A DNA stretch of 64,000 nucleotides from Azolla caroliniana. Lineage: Eukaryota > Plantae > Polypodiophyta. Numbering within the stretch: the first letter of the stretch is position 1; every line of letters begins with the position of its first letter. Made by a program: the position numbers and the translations under genes. The stretch is taken from positions 36,084,001 through 36,148,000 of the forward strand of contig JBHGNT010000001.1 in the NCBI GenBank assembly GCA_043228905.1, written 5' to 3'. Of this stretch, positions 26,611 through 39,968 are shown piece after piece. The notes beneath the pieces are model-generated. The model was not told the origin of the DNA, did not search any database, and saw nothing but the letters and a program-made list of their open reading frames with translations.

Positions 26611-27399
26611 TCCAAGAATTGGTGTTGGTCTGTGCTGCTACACACAGATCTTCTTCGTGGCTCCTTTTAGACAAACCCAATAAAACTATAAATATTAGAG
26701 AGAGAGAGAGAGAGAGACCGAGTCAGACATAGCACAGAAAAAATGTGTCGCTGCTGTTCTTTTGTTCATGTTAGAAGCTCTACTAGATTTAGTAACAATA
26801 GAGAGAGCATCATCCCCAACACAAGAAATAGAAAGAAATGGTCAAAAGTTTTTGCGTCTTATTATTATATCTATCGGCACAGCACGTGAACCCAATGTTG
26901 TGTTGCTTGGTCAACAAGGGTTACCTCTTGTTGCCACAACCATTAGAGACAGGTCATTTGGACCCTCACAATACATATTTGGTCATTTGAACCCTCAAAA
27001 ATATATTTGGTCATTGGACCCTCCACATATTTGGTCACAAGTTACAACCATCACAAACTCCGCTAAGTTTTTGTCCCCCCCGACCCCATTCTCGTATCTA
27101 TCCTCGTTACCACATCCATGGCTTCGTCTCTTTGTTAGTAAATCAGCCGCTTCACTTCACATCAGATGTTGTGCATTATATCCGCGGGGAGCTTGTGTAA
27201 TCATTTGTCTCCCATTATTATCGGATCCATGTCACTCCCCGATGATCACTAAATCAACTCAAGGAAGCATAGTTGCGCAATCCCAAGCCAATGTGGAAAA
27301 GAATCGGTCAATGCTTCGACATCCAATCGCGAAGGACTAAAAGCGACTAGTCAGTTATTGCATCTTTGCAATCACCAACAACCGAAAGAGACCAGTCAA

Positions 27400-28400
27400 T
27401 GCTTTAGATTGTAATTCCCTTTTTGAATTTGATGATGACAACATCAAGTGTGTTACCATGAAGAGCGTGAGATCATGTACATTAGCTAGGAAATTTGGTG
27501 GGAATAACTTCCGCCACTCCCCCCGGTTTATGGGGCTATTGGCTCCCTACACTTTATTTGTACCAATAGGTGTCAGAGGTCCAAATCACTTCTCCCCATC
27601 ACATGTTTTTCAAAAAGGTATAGAAAAATATGTGAAATGTGCAATTACAATTTCCACAAGCTTCACAAACATTGCAAATTGCAACATCATCAACTTCACC
27701 CCATTGCATGTGTTTCATAACATTGTAGAGAAACATGTGAAACGTGTGGTTATTTTCCATTGGAAACATTCTTGGATTGATTAGATGTCTTTGTAAAAAG
27801 TAGGTTTACCAATCTAAAACATAGAATTACATGGGCATATAGCCATTTGAAGCAAAATTCCAATCTCTTGCTACTTGAAGCATCTTTGGACGTTGTGGGA
27901 ATTGTTTTTCTAGGCTCACGAGGCATCGCCTTTTTAAGCTTTTGTACCTCGAGATCCCCTTGCATTCAACCTTTTGGATAATTGTGTTGTCACCATTGAC
28001 ATCACTTATTATCTTTTTACGCATAATTGGAATTCTCATTCCTTGTAAATCATGCACAATGTCTTGTACTTTTTGTTTTTTTTTTATTCTTGAACATTTT
28101 TAGGACAACACTTAGAACATGCAAGCAAATAACCTCATTGATTACATCCCTCTTCATTTGTTAAAAAAGTGTTTACCTTTTAACTTTAAACATCACATGG
28201 ATCCAATTACTCATTTTCCAATCATTATTAAAAGAAGTTCTACACTTCATTGATTCACGATGACACTAGAAAATGCATCTCGCGACCATTAGAAAAATAC
28301 TAGGTGTTAAAGCATAGTGTTTAATCATTTTCTTTACAAGCTATGATTATTGAATTAGACTTGACATTTGTTAAGGAATCATTTTATTGTTCAAAATATT
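27400..28400 (-). pseudogene. Possible heavily decayed hAT-type transposase C-terminal remnant
   Basis: Minus-strand fragments FAMFVKLVEIVIA and TLDVVI resemble the hAT dimerisation region; many stops; boundaries approximate. Confidence 0.3.
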
Positions 28401-30594
28401 ATTTGAAAGATGAGCTCCTGTCCTTCCAACCCTTTGTAAACACTTTTTAGTTGATTTTCCCCTACTTTACTGTATACAATGTCCACTTGTCCAAATCCTG
28501 CCTTGGCCTTATTACATATTACAAGCTACATTATATTTAAACAATTTCTTTGTTAGCACTAATATCAAAGGGTAATGTTAACGTTTTCACTTCATGCCAA
28601 AGAGAGAAAATGTCAATGTTAATGTTGACTATTTTTTAGGAGCATGTGGTGAGTGTGGATGACCTCGTATGATATCAACTAGCATTAATGTATTATGCTT
28701 GATTGGAGAATGGAATTAATGTTCATCTTCCCACTCTCATACTTATTGGAATAACAAATAGGGTGTATTACTATTATGTGTTTGCACGTATTTGATGGCT
28801 AAAATGTGATTTCTAATGTGTAGTGAGGGCATTATTATGTCGTTTGATGTCACTACTATGTGGTTACAACTATTTGATATCATTACTTTGAGATTGTGGA
28901 TTATGATTCCACTACTATAAGTGTTTGTGTGTGGCCTATGATGTCATTGTTATGCCAGATGGTTGAGTTCATGTTTTCATTTATTGCAAGTGTATCTGCA
29001 TATGTTTCACACATGCAACATAATCGTATTTTTTATGTGTGTTGGATATTGATTTGCACATGTTAATGTATTTTTGCACCTCTACTCTTGCTTGTGTTTG
29101 GAACCCAAAATTTATATACAATGCTAGTGTGATGCAATGGATCATGTATGGCGATTGTTAAGCAACATTAATATTTTATAGGTTTTTTTGCAATCCCCTT
29201 CTTTGTTCTCAAACTCACCCCTTTGCATGGACTAAAAGTCACTTCCCATGTAGCTTTTCCAAGCTAATTAATTGAGATACTTGTGTTTTTTACTTACCTC
29301 ATATGGCTCTTTTCTAGTAACTATATATTTAATTAATTCAAACTTGTAGCTTAAACTAGTTCAATGATTACTTAAGAAGCCTTTGAGGCTTCCACATTTA
29401 CATGGAGTTAAGATGTGATCTTTGCCAATGAGGAATGACTACCCCTATCCCTCAATCATCCATCGTGAGGGAGGCTAACCCTTGGCAATCAATAGTGACC
29501 TTAGGCAATACAACACTTTTTTTAAGATTCACCTTGGTATTAATGGAAAGATGCCCAATTGCTACAAAGAACTCATACAAGAAAACATAACCATCATACC
29601 CTAAATCAACCAACATCTCCAATAGCAAAAGCCCTCACGCAACTACCTTAACAACTTTAAATCGGGGTCCTGCCAAGACAAGGGGCGGGAAAAGCCATCT
29701 TGGTGGAGCATATCTCCACTTTATTCTCTCCCCAAAAGAAGTGAAGACCTCTGACAGGTTCGATGCATATCTATGATGGATTGTTTCATTTTATATGCAT
29801 TTCTATACAGTTTTAGACATGACCCAACCTAACCCAACTCGGCCTAGAATGCTCGTTTTGGACAAATCATCATTAGCATCTAAGGACTACCATTGACGAA
29901 TTATCAACTAGTTAGAATGTCGTGCTAAACACATAAGCCATTCATTCCGAGCCTTCTTGGGCAAAAATGGGTAAAAATGCTAATTTCTAACAAATCATCT
30001 TTGAAAGGACATGTCGTTGCTATATTAATATATTCATGACCTCTTTCAAAACCTTATTGGTCCCTAAATATTCATTCCCTATGAATGAGTTTTCGCATAT
30101 ACATAGTACAAGTGAATCCTTTGTAACACCTTTTGATGAATTGCCTATCATTGACAACACACATATGTGATACAGGAAGCTGAATGTTGTTTGGCCTAAA
30201 TTGTTGGCGAAAGATCTTAAGGAGGCTTATTTGCTAAACAACAAGTTAACGTGCTATTACTGCACAAATTGGTCGATTTCTTAAAATTTCTAGTGTGGTC
30301 TTCTTCAATTGTTTTGATGTTTTAATTGCAAAGATTAGAATCGTAGAGACCTATTAGGTTGGTTTATTCTATAATTGTGATTTGGATTTGGATCTCAGCC
30401 CTTATTTAAGATGTTTTAGCACATTAGCCCATTTGGTTAGAATATCTTGTCCATGAGATAAAGGTCATATATTCAAGACTTATGTGGACTTCCTCTTTAC
30501 ATAAAGAGGTTATAGCACATGCCTTTGTAGCATTCTTTAGACCCTTATATTTGTGTTTTTTAGTATTTTAGAGACCATTTTGTGATAAATAAAA

Positions 30595-30907
30595 GGGAAA
30601 AGTACCAAGATACCCTTGGAAGTTCACCTGTTTACAAGAATGCCCCTGGAAGTTCCAAATTTACCAAACTACCCCTATGTCCAAAAAAATACACTTTATG
30701 AAGTAAGTACAAAGGACCCAAAGAATCTCTTAAGTAAAGAAATGTGTGTTTTAAGGGTATTCTGGTAAATAGGGCTTGTAGATTTGAGTGTATAATTACT
30801 TTATAAAGTGTATTTTTTTGGACATAGGGGTAGTTTGGTAAATTTGGAACTTCCAGGGGCATTTTGGTAAATAGACGAACTTCCAGGGGTACCCTGGTAC
30901 TTTTCCC
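30595..30907. mobile_element. Mutator-like MITE (313 bp)
   Basis: Long TIRs of about 120 bp, GGGAAAAGTACC...GGTACTTTTCCC; 9-bp TSD TAAATAAAA / CAAATAAAA. Confidence 0.9.
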
Positions 30908-32298
30908 CAAATAAAAACACGATTGATAAAAAATTCCTTGTAATACCAATACTTTTTATAGCACGTCATTTTGAGGTGCCCTTACATAGATTTTGACCAC
31001 CATGTATGATTCACAGATTGTATGTATGTGTGCGTATAATGTATGTAATGCCTTTGTTATGCATGTATGTATGTATGTTGCAGTATATTTAGATGATGTT
31101 TGAATGCTTCATATATTCAGACTTCTACCATCAATATTGTCATGTGTGGGGGACCACACTAGGTGGTTTTGTCCCAAGAAGAAAACTAACTTGTAACTAA
31201 CTAGGGGTAGAGCCAAGAAAGGTGGGAAACACTATAAAGAGAGATGCCTACCGAGAGAGAAAAGGAGACTGTAATTGAGCACATTACATTGGTGGAAATA
31301 ATGGGCATTTTTAGATCAACCACAGCATGCACACCCACTGATCATCACACAGAAGCAGCCCACCGATCATCACACACGAGTATCCCACTGATCTTCACAC
31401 AGAGGCAGCCGATGAGCCTACAAGTGACCAGCCGAAAAGACGCGAATTCAAGAGAGCATCAACTACACAAAGATGTAGACATCAGATTTCAACAACACAA
31501 TGAGTATGCAACCGGAGTTCGTGGAACAGACCTCTCCAAGCAACGCAACCGAGCAAATGCTTCAAGCTATGTCAGCGATGATGCTGCAGGTAAACCACAC
31601 AAATCAAACAATAATGGATTGGTTAACTAATCAATCACAACAAACAGGGAACATCACAGAGAAACAGAAGGACTCACGAATTAGACCACGATCATTTTCC
31701 GGCCTACCAACAGAAGACGTTGTCGTGGAGAATTTCGGCCAGAGGCGGAAACCGGGAAACATTGGCTACATCGGCGGGGTGCAGCATGTGTGCTCACCCG
31801 TGTACATTTAGTGTGAATAACGAGGGCGTCTTTATGGCGCCGAAGAGTAGTCAAGTCGGGACAGACGATCCCATGTAAGTCGGGATTTATCCCACATTGT
31901 AAAGCATCCCTCTCCTTGTTCTATAAAAGGAAGGGAGCGCCCTTTGTGAAAGGGGTTGCCCATTTTGCGTTAGAGGGTATACCGTTAGATTTAGGGTTAG
32001 TTACATTTCTTATTCTTCTTCTTCTTCTTCTTCTCCCCCTTTGTGTTCGCTTAGGTTTTGCTTCAGCTCGTCTCCTACGCAAGACCCCGCTCGATGCGAC
32101 AAGCCCGTGAGCTCCCCGACCGGCGGCTTGGCAGCTGACGACTACTGTAACCTACCTTGGCCCGGCTCGAAGCCGGGAATGTATTCTTCCTCTTATATAT
32201 ATACATTTGTGTATGTCTGTGTATATTCGCGTCTCTGTTGGTGTCGGGTGCTTCCCCTTTCCTGCGTTTCCTGTACATAAGGGCGTGAGCCGGGTCAG

Positions 32299-32345
<47 letters not shown>

Positions 32346-32486
32346 GTGTGTGCGAGTTAGTGTTAAGCGCGCGCTCCCTCTCTTTCTCTCTCTCTCTTCG
32401 GTTGCCTCCGGTGTGCTTCTAGGATGCCCCGGAAACGGTGAAGTACGACTTCCTACGCTCCGTCACTCTCTACTCCAAGACCCCTG

Positions 32487-35400
32487 TGTTACGGGCATGA
32501 CCATATAATATCCCGTGGTGAGAATTGTCGTAGTATTCTATACACGTGGATAAGTGTGAGGGTTAAACAAAGAGTCTAAAGAAGGGGAGGATTACTTTTA
32601 ATCCTCGGGATTGAGACAACCCATGAGGCCAAGTGTGAACATGGCTGGGGGCCTTGAGAATTACTATAAATAAGAGGCCTAGCTACCCTCATTTGGGCAT
32701 GCATTGACTACGTCGAGACTCTGTCCGTGAGTGGAACGACTCTTGTAGCAAGCGCGCTATCGTCCAGGTACGACTCGACGCCAAGGCGGTGGTATGGGAC
32801 GCCGATCGAGGCTCGAGTCCGTCTCGATCCCTTCGCTCGGGGGTGGTCGGGTGGATCGGCACCCTTCTTTCTCTCTTTTCTCTCTATTCTTTCTAGATCT
32901 ATCATTGATATATCCTTATTTTATGCTTACTTTAGTACCTAATCTCTAATATTTGGTATCAGAGCCTATGTACTAACGTTTCTTTTGGTTTTCTTTTTGT
33001 CTTCGCGTGGGATGGCGATTGATCGTTGTGCGGTCGCCTTCATGCAGACAAGGATTAGCGAAAGAACTTCGGTAAATTTTCCTTAATTTTTTATCTAATT
33101 TTTCTTCTCCCTTCTATACATGTGTATACTTAATATGTAGTTTTTTTTCATATATTCAATGATGTTGACGTGGTATTTAATTGGTTATCTTAAACGTTTA
33201 CATATATCCACGAGGTCAATACCTCGTTTGACATATAAATCATATGTGATGAGTGTCGTATGCGTACGAGGTTATTACCTCAATTGCGTATTACGTTCAC
33301 GAACATATGTTACGTTCGCGTACGAGGTCAATACCTCGCTTCGTTCGAAATGATATGCGTTGGATTTACTATGCGTAAGAGGTCAATACCTCAATTGCGA
33401 ATTACGCTTAACCTTATTTTCGGATGTTTCGTGTGCGTAGAGGTATATGCCTCGATTACGTATCCCGAATACATCATTGTTGGCTATATAAAAAAAACGA
33501 TTCATTTAGTATACACATATGTGGTCACTTATATACGTCTCTGATCGTATATATGTGATATATTGACATATGTGTATATTTTAGATTACGTGATTCATAT
33601 CAAATGTTTTCCTAATTGGGGAGAGGATTTTGGTGGCCGTCCTCACATTTTTGTGAGAATGGCGTTGTCGCCATCCCTTTTATCAACAATTTTTATTGTT
33701 GAAATTCCCGTTGGTCACTTTGATCTTTCGTTACGTAACGAACCTCGTATAGCCAAAATGATGTTGAATACGTCGGGCTTGATCCACATCAAGTAGGGTC
33801 GCTCTAATGACACACGTATCCAACATCTCCCCTCGTTACATGGATACGATGCCACCATGAGCTCGTTCTTACGAGCGCCATTCGTAATGACGTGACCATG
33901 TGATGGGCCACATGAGCCTACGAAGACACAAGGGCTCATTCGGCTTGACCATTAGGTTACACTTTGGCATATGCCATTGTACTTACGAGGCTTGAGGGTA
34001 GGTAGCGTACAACCATAGTGGGTAATAAATGAGGGAGAAATAAGGCCACTTGACCTATATGTTTCTTTTAAAAAAAAAAAACATATAGGGGCAAATGCCT
34101 CGCATATCTCGAATACGCCTCAAACATTAAACATTCAAGACGCGCAATCTACTTGGTTGGCTCAAGTGTTTAATGTATTTGTCCTCGAGGTCTCGAGTTC
34201 AAATATGACCAACACCATACAACATCGTTGATACATATGACTATAATACATGTTTAGACTTTAGGTCTAAGTGCACTTCGGGGTCCTCGTAATAGGACTT
34301 AAAGAGTCGAAACCACATATGTGGGCACAGAAACATAGTTATTGTTAACATTTTTTTCGTGTATAAACTATTCATGACGCGAACATACATGGTTGAGCCT
34401 CGGGGAGCCGCCATGAAAAAAATCGATATAGAGATCAGGGAAAGGCATTCATTTGTCACCCCCATGGTTTTTAAAACACCTCTGTGTTACCATAGTAACC
34501 TGATCTTGAACCTCATCTCATACGTCTAGAGGGGTATTGACGTGAGATCATGATATCGATTAATGTTTGCCCATGATATGTTTACACCACGACAAGATGT
34601 TATGACTATTTGTCTGACCTTATCTTATTTCTTTGCCAGAAATAATCATTCAATGGCTCAGAATAACGACCCGATGCCCTCCGCTCAAGCGGAAAGACCT
34701 CAAGGAAATCCTCCTGGGACAATGTCCATTGAGGCGTATATTTTACAAGTACAACATTTCCTTAGTTCAACCGCGCAGCAGTTGACCGAATTTCGGCAAT
34801 CTCAAAGTGCTCTCGAGGCACGAGTCATTAGTCTCCAAAATGAGATTAATAGACCTGATGAGCGTCAGGGTGAACCATCATTTGTCGTAAAGCCATTTAC
34901 GGGAGATAAAAAGGAAAGAACCGAAGAAGCAATCTGCACGTGGCTGGGCCGATGGGAGTCTCATTTTGAGCTCTATCCCACGCCAGATAGTACGAAGATT
35001 GCATATGTCGGCCGAGAACTAGGGGGTAAGGCCGCCGCTTGGTGGCGTGGGCTCCGAACTTTGGGGAGATTGCCCGAGACCTGGACAGACTTTGTCACAG
35101 TTTTCAAGGGTCAATTTCTACAACCTCCCTCTCGAACCGAGGCAGCACAAGCTTTAATGAACCTCTCTAGCAGGAAGTTTTCCTCGCTAGAAGATTATGT
35201 CCACCATGCTAGAACCCAAATCCAAAAATCGGGTCTAGAAGGGGACAATTGGTTAATAGCTTGTTTTGTCAATGGCATCCCCAATTCGGACGATAAGGAT
35301 CCAAAATCCTTCGAAGAGGCCGTTGAGATAGTTCTTCGCTATCAACGCACTTCGAAGAAGGACCATAACAAACCCAACGAAGCGCCCGGGACTAAGCAGT

Positions 35401-38400
35401 CGCAATTCGTTGGGAAACGCAAGACACCCAACGAATTCATGGATCGCGATTATAAGCGACAACATCCTTTTTGCGTATTCTGCAAAAAGAAGGGTCATAC
35501 AAAAGAGCAATGTCGTAAGCTCCAACGAAAAGAGCACGACGCCAAACCTAAAGCTACAGATCATAAAGGTCAGATTCCTAATGTCCTTCAGGTCTATACA
35601 CATCATTTGAGTAATTGTCAATGTTCTTTCCCTCATTATGTATTGGGTCCCAATGATTTACTACGTGCAAACGGGTATATCAATGGATCTCCCGTACAAT
35701 TTTTATTTGATTCGGGAAGCTCACACAATTTTGTGAATGATCGTTTGGTACAGATATGGGGAATCCAACCCACCGTAAGTGATCACACCTACACGGTGCA
35801 CTTGGCTGATGGAAGAGTACAACACATCAACGGGGCGATTCATTCTTTAGGAATTTCTATTGATACCTATATAGAGGAAGTAGACTTCCATGTAATGAAT
35901 CTTAGTACCACCGATGTAATACTGGGTTATCCCTGGTTTTATAATAAAAGCTCTTCTTTATTTATTGATTGGGTTCGCCATTCCATTTCTTTTGTACTCA
36001 ACGATTGTACGCATTTTATTCAATGTGTAACAAAACAATCCCTCTCGATTGTTTCCTCGTGTCCATCAATATCCGAGTTGTCTTGTTCTACGTTATTTTA
36101 TTGTGTACTTGATCCGGACATTCACATTTACAATATCGATAATGTCTCGGGTCAATTAACATATTTTGAACAAAAACAACTTGATGAAATCGTAAACGAT
36201 TTTCGTGATGTTTTTCCGAGTGAACTACCCGATGGTTTACCTCCTAAACGTAATATAGACCATCGTATAGATATTGTACCTGGCATTGCACCCATTAGTA
36301 TACCTCCGTATCGCCTAAGTCGATCTGAAGAGGATGAGGTAGCTAAGCAACTTAAGGACTATTTACGAATGGGTTATATACGTTATAGTAAATCTCCATG
36401 GGGTGCACCAGTTCTCTTGGTTAAAAAGAAAGAGGGCACATGGCGTATGTGTATTAATTACCGACGCTTGAATAAAGTGACGATCAAGAATTCGTACCCA
36501 TTGCCCCGGGCTGACGATCTAATTGACCGTCTCTAGGGAGCTCGGTATTTTACGAAACTTGATCTCCGTACTGGCTACCATCAAATACGAATAAGTGAGG
36601 ACGATGTTCCTAAAACAGCATTTCGTACGCGCTACGGCCATTATGAGTTTTTGGTTATGCCTTTTGGTTTGACCAATGCTCCGGCTACATTTCAACAAGA
36701 AATGAATGACATTTTCCGAGAACAACTTGGAAAATTTGTCGTTATCTTCTTAGATGATATTTTAGTTTATAGCCGTACATTACAAGAACATGCTAGACAT
36801 GTCCGCTTTGTTTTACAAATATTGCGTGACAAACAATTTTACGCGAAGATCTCAAAATGTGAGTTCTTCAAGAAATCAATTACTTATCTTGGACATCTCA
36901 TAACCGAACGAGGAGTTGAAATTGATCCTTCTCGCATCGAGAAAATCAAGCTTTGGCCCACTCTTCGGAATATTCGAGAAGTTCGATCATTCCTTGGTTT
37001 TGTCGGATTTTTGCGAAAATCTCTTCGTAATTACTCACAATTGACGACGCCGTTTACTGATCTTCTAAAAGGTCAAACGCGTAAGTCTACAAAACCTATT
37101 GTGTGGAATGCTACACTAGACCTCGCCTTTAAGGAACTCAAGGACTTGGTATGCACGGCTCCTTCACTTCTTTTACCCGATCCTTCAAAACCTTTTGAGG
37201 TTGAAACCGACGCAAGCGATTATGCTATAGGTGTTGTCTTGTATCAAGATGGTAAACCAATAGCATTCGAGAGTAAGAAACTTGATTCTGCTCAATGTCG
37301 GTATACCGTTCAAGAAAAGGAATTATTTGCGGTTATACATGCGCTCAAAACATGGCGCCATTATCTTTATGGAAATCGCTTTGTGGTAACTACGGACCAC
37401 GAGTCCTTGAAATATTTTTGTGACCAACAAGACCTGAAAGGTCGTAAGGCACGATGGGCTGATATCATCCAGGACTTTGATTTTTCCATACGATATCGTA
37501 AAGGTTCCATGAATACTGTCGCTGATGCACTAAGTCGCATCCGTGAAGTTAACATGCTTAGCTTCACTGAAATAACATCAGATCTTTATGATCACCTTCG
37601 AGGAAAGTATCCTGATGACAATTATTTTGCAAAATACTGGGCAAGAGTCGAGTCTGGAACAAACACCACCACACCCTCGAAGGAATACTTCCACATTGCT
37701 AACGGTCTGCTCTACCGTAATGGGAAGGTTTGTGTTCCAGATTTACCTGAGGTCAAAAAGAGAATTCTTTTTGAATGCCATGATGCACCCTCAGCAGGGC
37801 ACCCTGGAATACATCGTACACTCGTTCTCATCTCCACTCAATTATATTGGCCTAAGATGTGTCCTGACATACATAGCTATGTGACTAAATGTCACCAATG
37901 TCAGGTTAACAAAGCCGAGCGACTTAAAGCCGCAGGACTTTTACATCCCTTGGACATTCCCAATAATAAGTGGGAAAGTATATCCATGGATTTTATTGTT
38001 AGCCTTCCTCGCACCCAAAAAGGTCATGATGCCATATGGGTTGTGGTTGACAGACTAACTAAAATGGCCAGATTTATTGCTACTAAAACCACGGTAACAG
38101 CTCCTGAATTGGCTTACCAATTCGTTGATGAGTTATTTCGTTTTTACGGGTTACCGATGGATATCGTGAGTGACCGAGATCCGAAGTTTACTAGTGACTT
38201 CTGGACGCAAGTCTTTAAGAAGTTAGAAACTACGTTGAGCATGAGCTCCACGGATCATCCTCAATCCGATGGACAGACAGAACGAGTAAATCAAATTATT
38301 GAGGACATGCTTCGAGCATACGTTGGTGCAAAACCAACAAAATGGGAACGTTACCTCCCAATTTTGGAGTTTGCTTATAACAGCTCCAAGCATACGTCGA

Positions 38401-39519
38401 CGGGATATAGTCCTTTTATGTTGATGTATGGATTTCAGCCACGAGCCCCGATTGATGTTAATATACATCATGATGAGTTGCGAAGTACGCAAAACTTTCT
38501 TCGGGATATGCAAGATATGTTGCATATTGCACGGGATAATATAAAAACAGCTCAAGATAGAGCGCGTTTTTATGCCGATCATCACAGGCAACCTCGTGTA
38601 TTCAGCCCTGGACAGAAGGTATTTTTACGTGTACCTCACAATTCTAAGACATTGTCTACGGGTAAGTGCGCTAAGTTAGCTCCACGGTTTTGTGGACCTT
38701 TTACAGTCCTCAAACGCATTGGATCATTAGCCTATCGTCTCGCTCTTCCCGATGGTGTTGGAATCCATCCAGTCTTTCATGTAAGTCGTCTAAAAGAACT
38801 TCTAGGTTCTGGCGACAATACAGTTACAACTGAAACTCTTGTTACTTCTGAAGATTTATCTTCTAAACCACATGTACCAGAAAGAATTCTCGATGTTAAA
38901 ACAAAAAAATTACGTGCTAAGGAAATCCGAGAATTTAAAATAAAATGGATGGATAAATCAATCAAAGATGCCACATGGGAACGCGAAACGACTCTAAGAA
39001 CTAACTTCCCTAACTTTCCATTGCAAGAGTGCAATGTTTTAAAGAGGGGGAGTATGTTACGGGCATGACCATATAATATCCCGTGGTGAGAATTGTCGTA
39101 GTATTCTATACACGTGGATAAGTGTGAGGGTTAAACAAAGAGTCTAAAGAAGGGGAGGATTACTTTTAATCCTCGGGATTGAGACAACCCATGAGGCCAA
39201 GTGTGAACATGGCTGGGGGCCTTGAGAATTACTATAAATAAGAGGCCTAGCTACCCTCATTTGGGCATGCATTGACTACGTCGAGACTCTGTCCGTGAGT
39301 GGAACGACTCTTGTAGCAAGCGCGCTATCGTCCAGGTACGACTCGACGCCAAGGCGGTGGTATGGGACGCCGATCGAGGCTCGAGTCCGTCTCGATCCCT
39401 TCGCTCGGGGGTGGTCGGGTGGATCGGCACCCTTCTTTCTCTCTTTTCTCTCTATTCTTTCTAGATCTATCATTGATATATCCTTATTTTATGCTTACTT
39501 TAGTACCTAATCTCTAATA
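32487..39519 (+). mobile_element. Element C: Ty3/gypsy chromovirus, very young
   Basis: 465-bp LTRs 32487-32951 and 39055-39519, identical by eye, TG...TA; TSD CCCTG; tRNA-iMet PBS TGGTATCAGAGC at 32954; PPT AAAGAGGGGGAG. Confidence 0.96.
34653..39068 (+). pseudogene. Element C gag-pol polyprotein with chromodomain; single in-frame TAG at 36534-36536
   Basis: [14 protein letters not shown] knuckle; protease LFDSGS; RT FLDD; RNase H TDASD; integrase HHCC and DDE; GPF module; chromodomain PERILDVK...FKIKW...ATWE. The two ORF-track pieces share one frame. Likely ATG at 34653. Confidence 0.93.
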
Positions 39520-39569
39520 CCCTGTGATCACGCCTTTCTCCACGCACGCGCGTAACAACGCGACATCTT

Positions 39570-39587
39570 TGGTGAACCCGACGTGAA
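39570..39587 (+). promoter_or_regulatory. Primer-binding site complementary to tRNA-Trp (element B; same sequence in D at 43074-43091)
   Basis: TGGTGAACCCGACGTGAA is the reverse complement of the plant cytosolic tRNA-Trp 3' end as I recall it (TTCACGTCGGGTTCACCA); it lies 4 nt after the LTR. Confidence 0.85.
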
Positions 39588-39602
39588 AGGTAGTAAGGGA
39601 GG

Positions 39603-39968
39603 ATGGAGTCGGAAGACGACGACCTCGCAGTGATGGTGGTCGAAGTGGTGTTGGAGTCAACACGAGTGGTGATGAGGCGAGAAGCAGCGCAACAAGCGGT
39701 TGAGCGAGTGGTCGAAAGAGTCGGTCGTTTCAACGGGGACAAAGTCCCATCTTACTTGGGAGTCTACAAGGCGGATATGGAGGAGCGTGGCGTAGACGAG
39801 GCGTTGAGGCTGGAGTTCTTCTGTCGGGTCGTAGCTGTCCGGATGCATGCGGAAGTAAAGGAGCTCCGCGAGGCTCATAGTTCGTGGGAGGCCTTCGAAG
39901 AGGCGCTCCTGAAGGCTTACGGAGGACTGCTCGAAGGTCGGAAGGGTGTGCCAACGACTAGACAATGA
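39603..39968 (+). CDS. Element B Gag-like N-terminal/capsid fragment
   Basis: ATG 15 nt after the PBS; VGRFNGDKVPSYL...WEAFEEALLKAYG resembles a retrotransposon Gag; homologous to the D ORF at 43107. Confidence 0.65.
   Translation: MESEDDDLAVMVVEVVLESTRVVMRREAAQQAVERVVERVGRFNGDKVPSYLGVYKADMEERGVDEALRLEFFCRVVAVRMHAEVKELREAHSSWEAFEEALLKAYGGLLEGRKGVPTTRQ

Noticed and set aside
26762-27340. 192-aa ORF divergent from the VQ gene
   Set aside because: Starts at TTG, has no domain, and runs through promoter and short-repeat sequence.
33205-33475. CRISPR array (palindromic repeats with spacers)
   Set aside because: Repeat core is only ~14-20 nt and degenerate, lies inside a eukaryotic LTR element, and there are no cas genes; kept as a hairpin-array finding instead.
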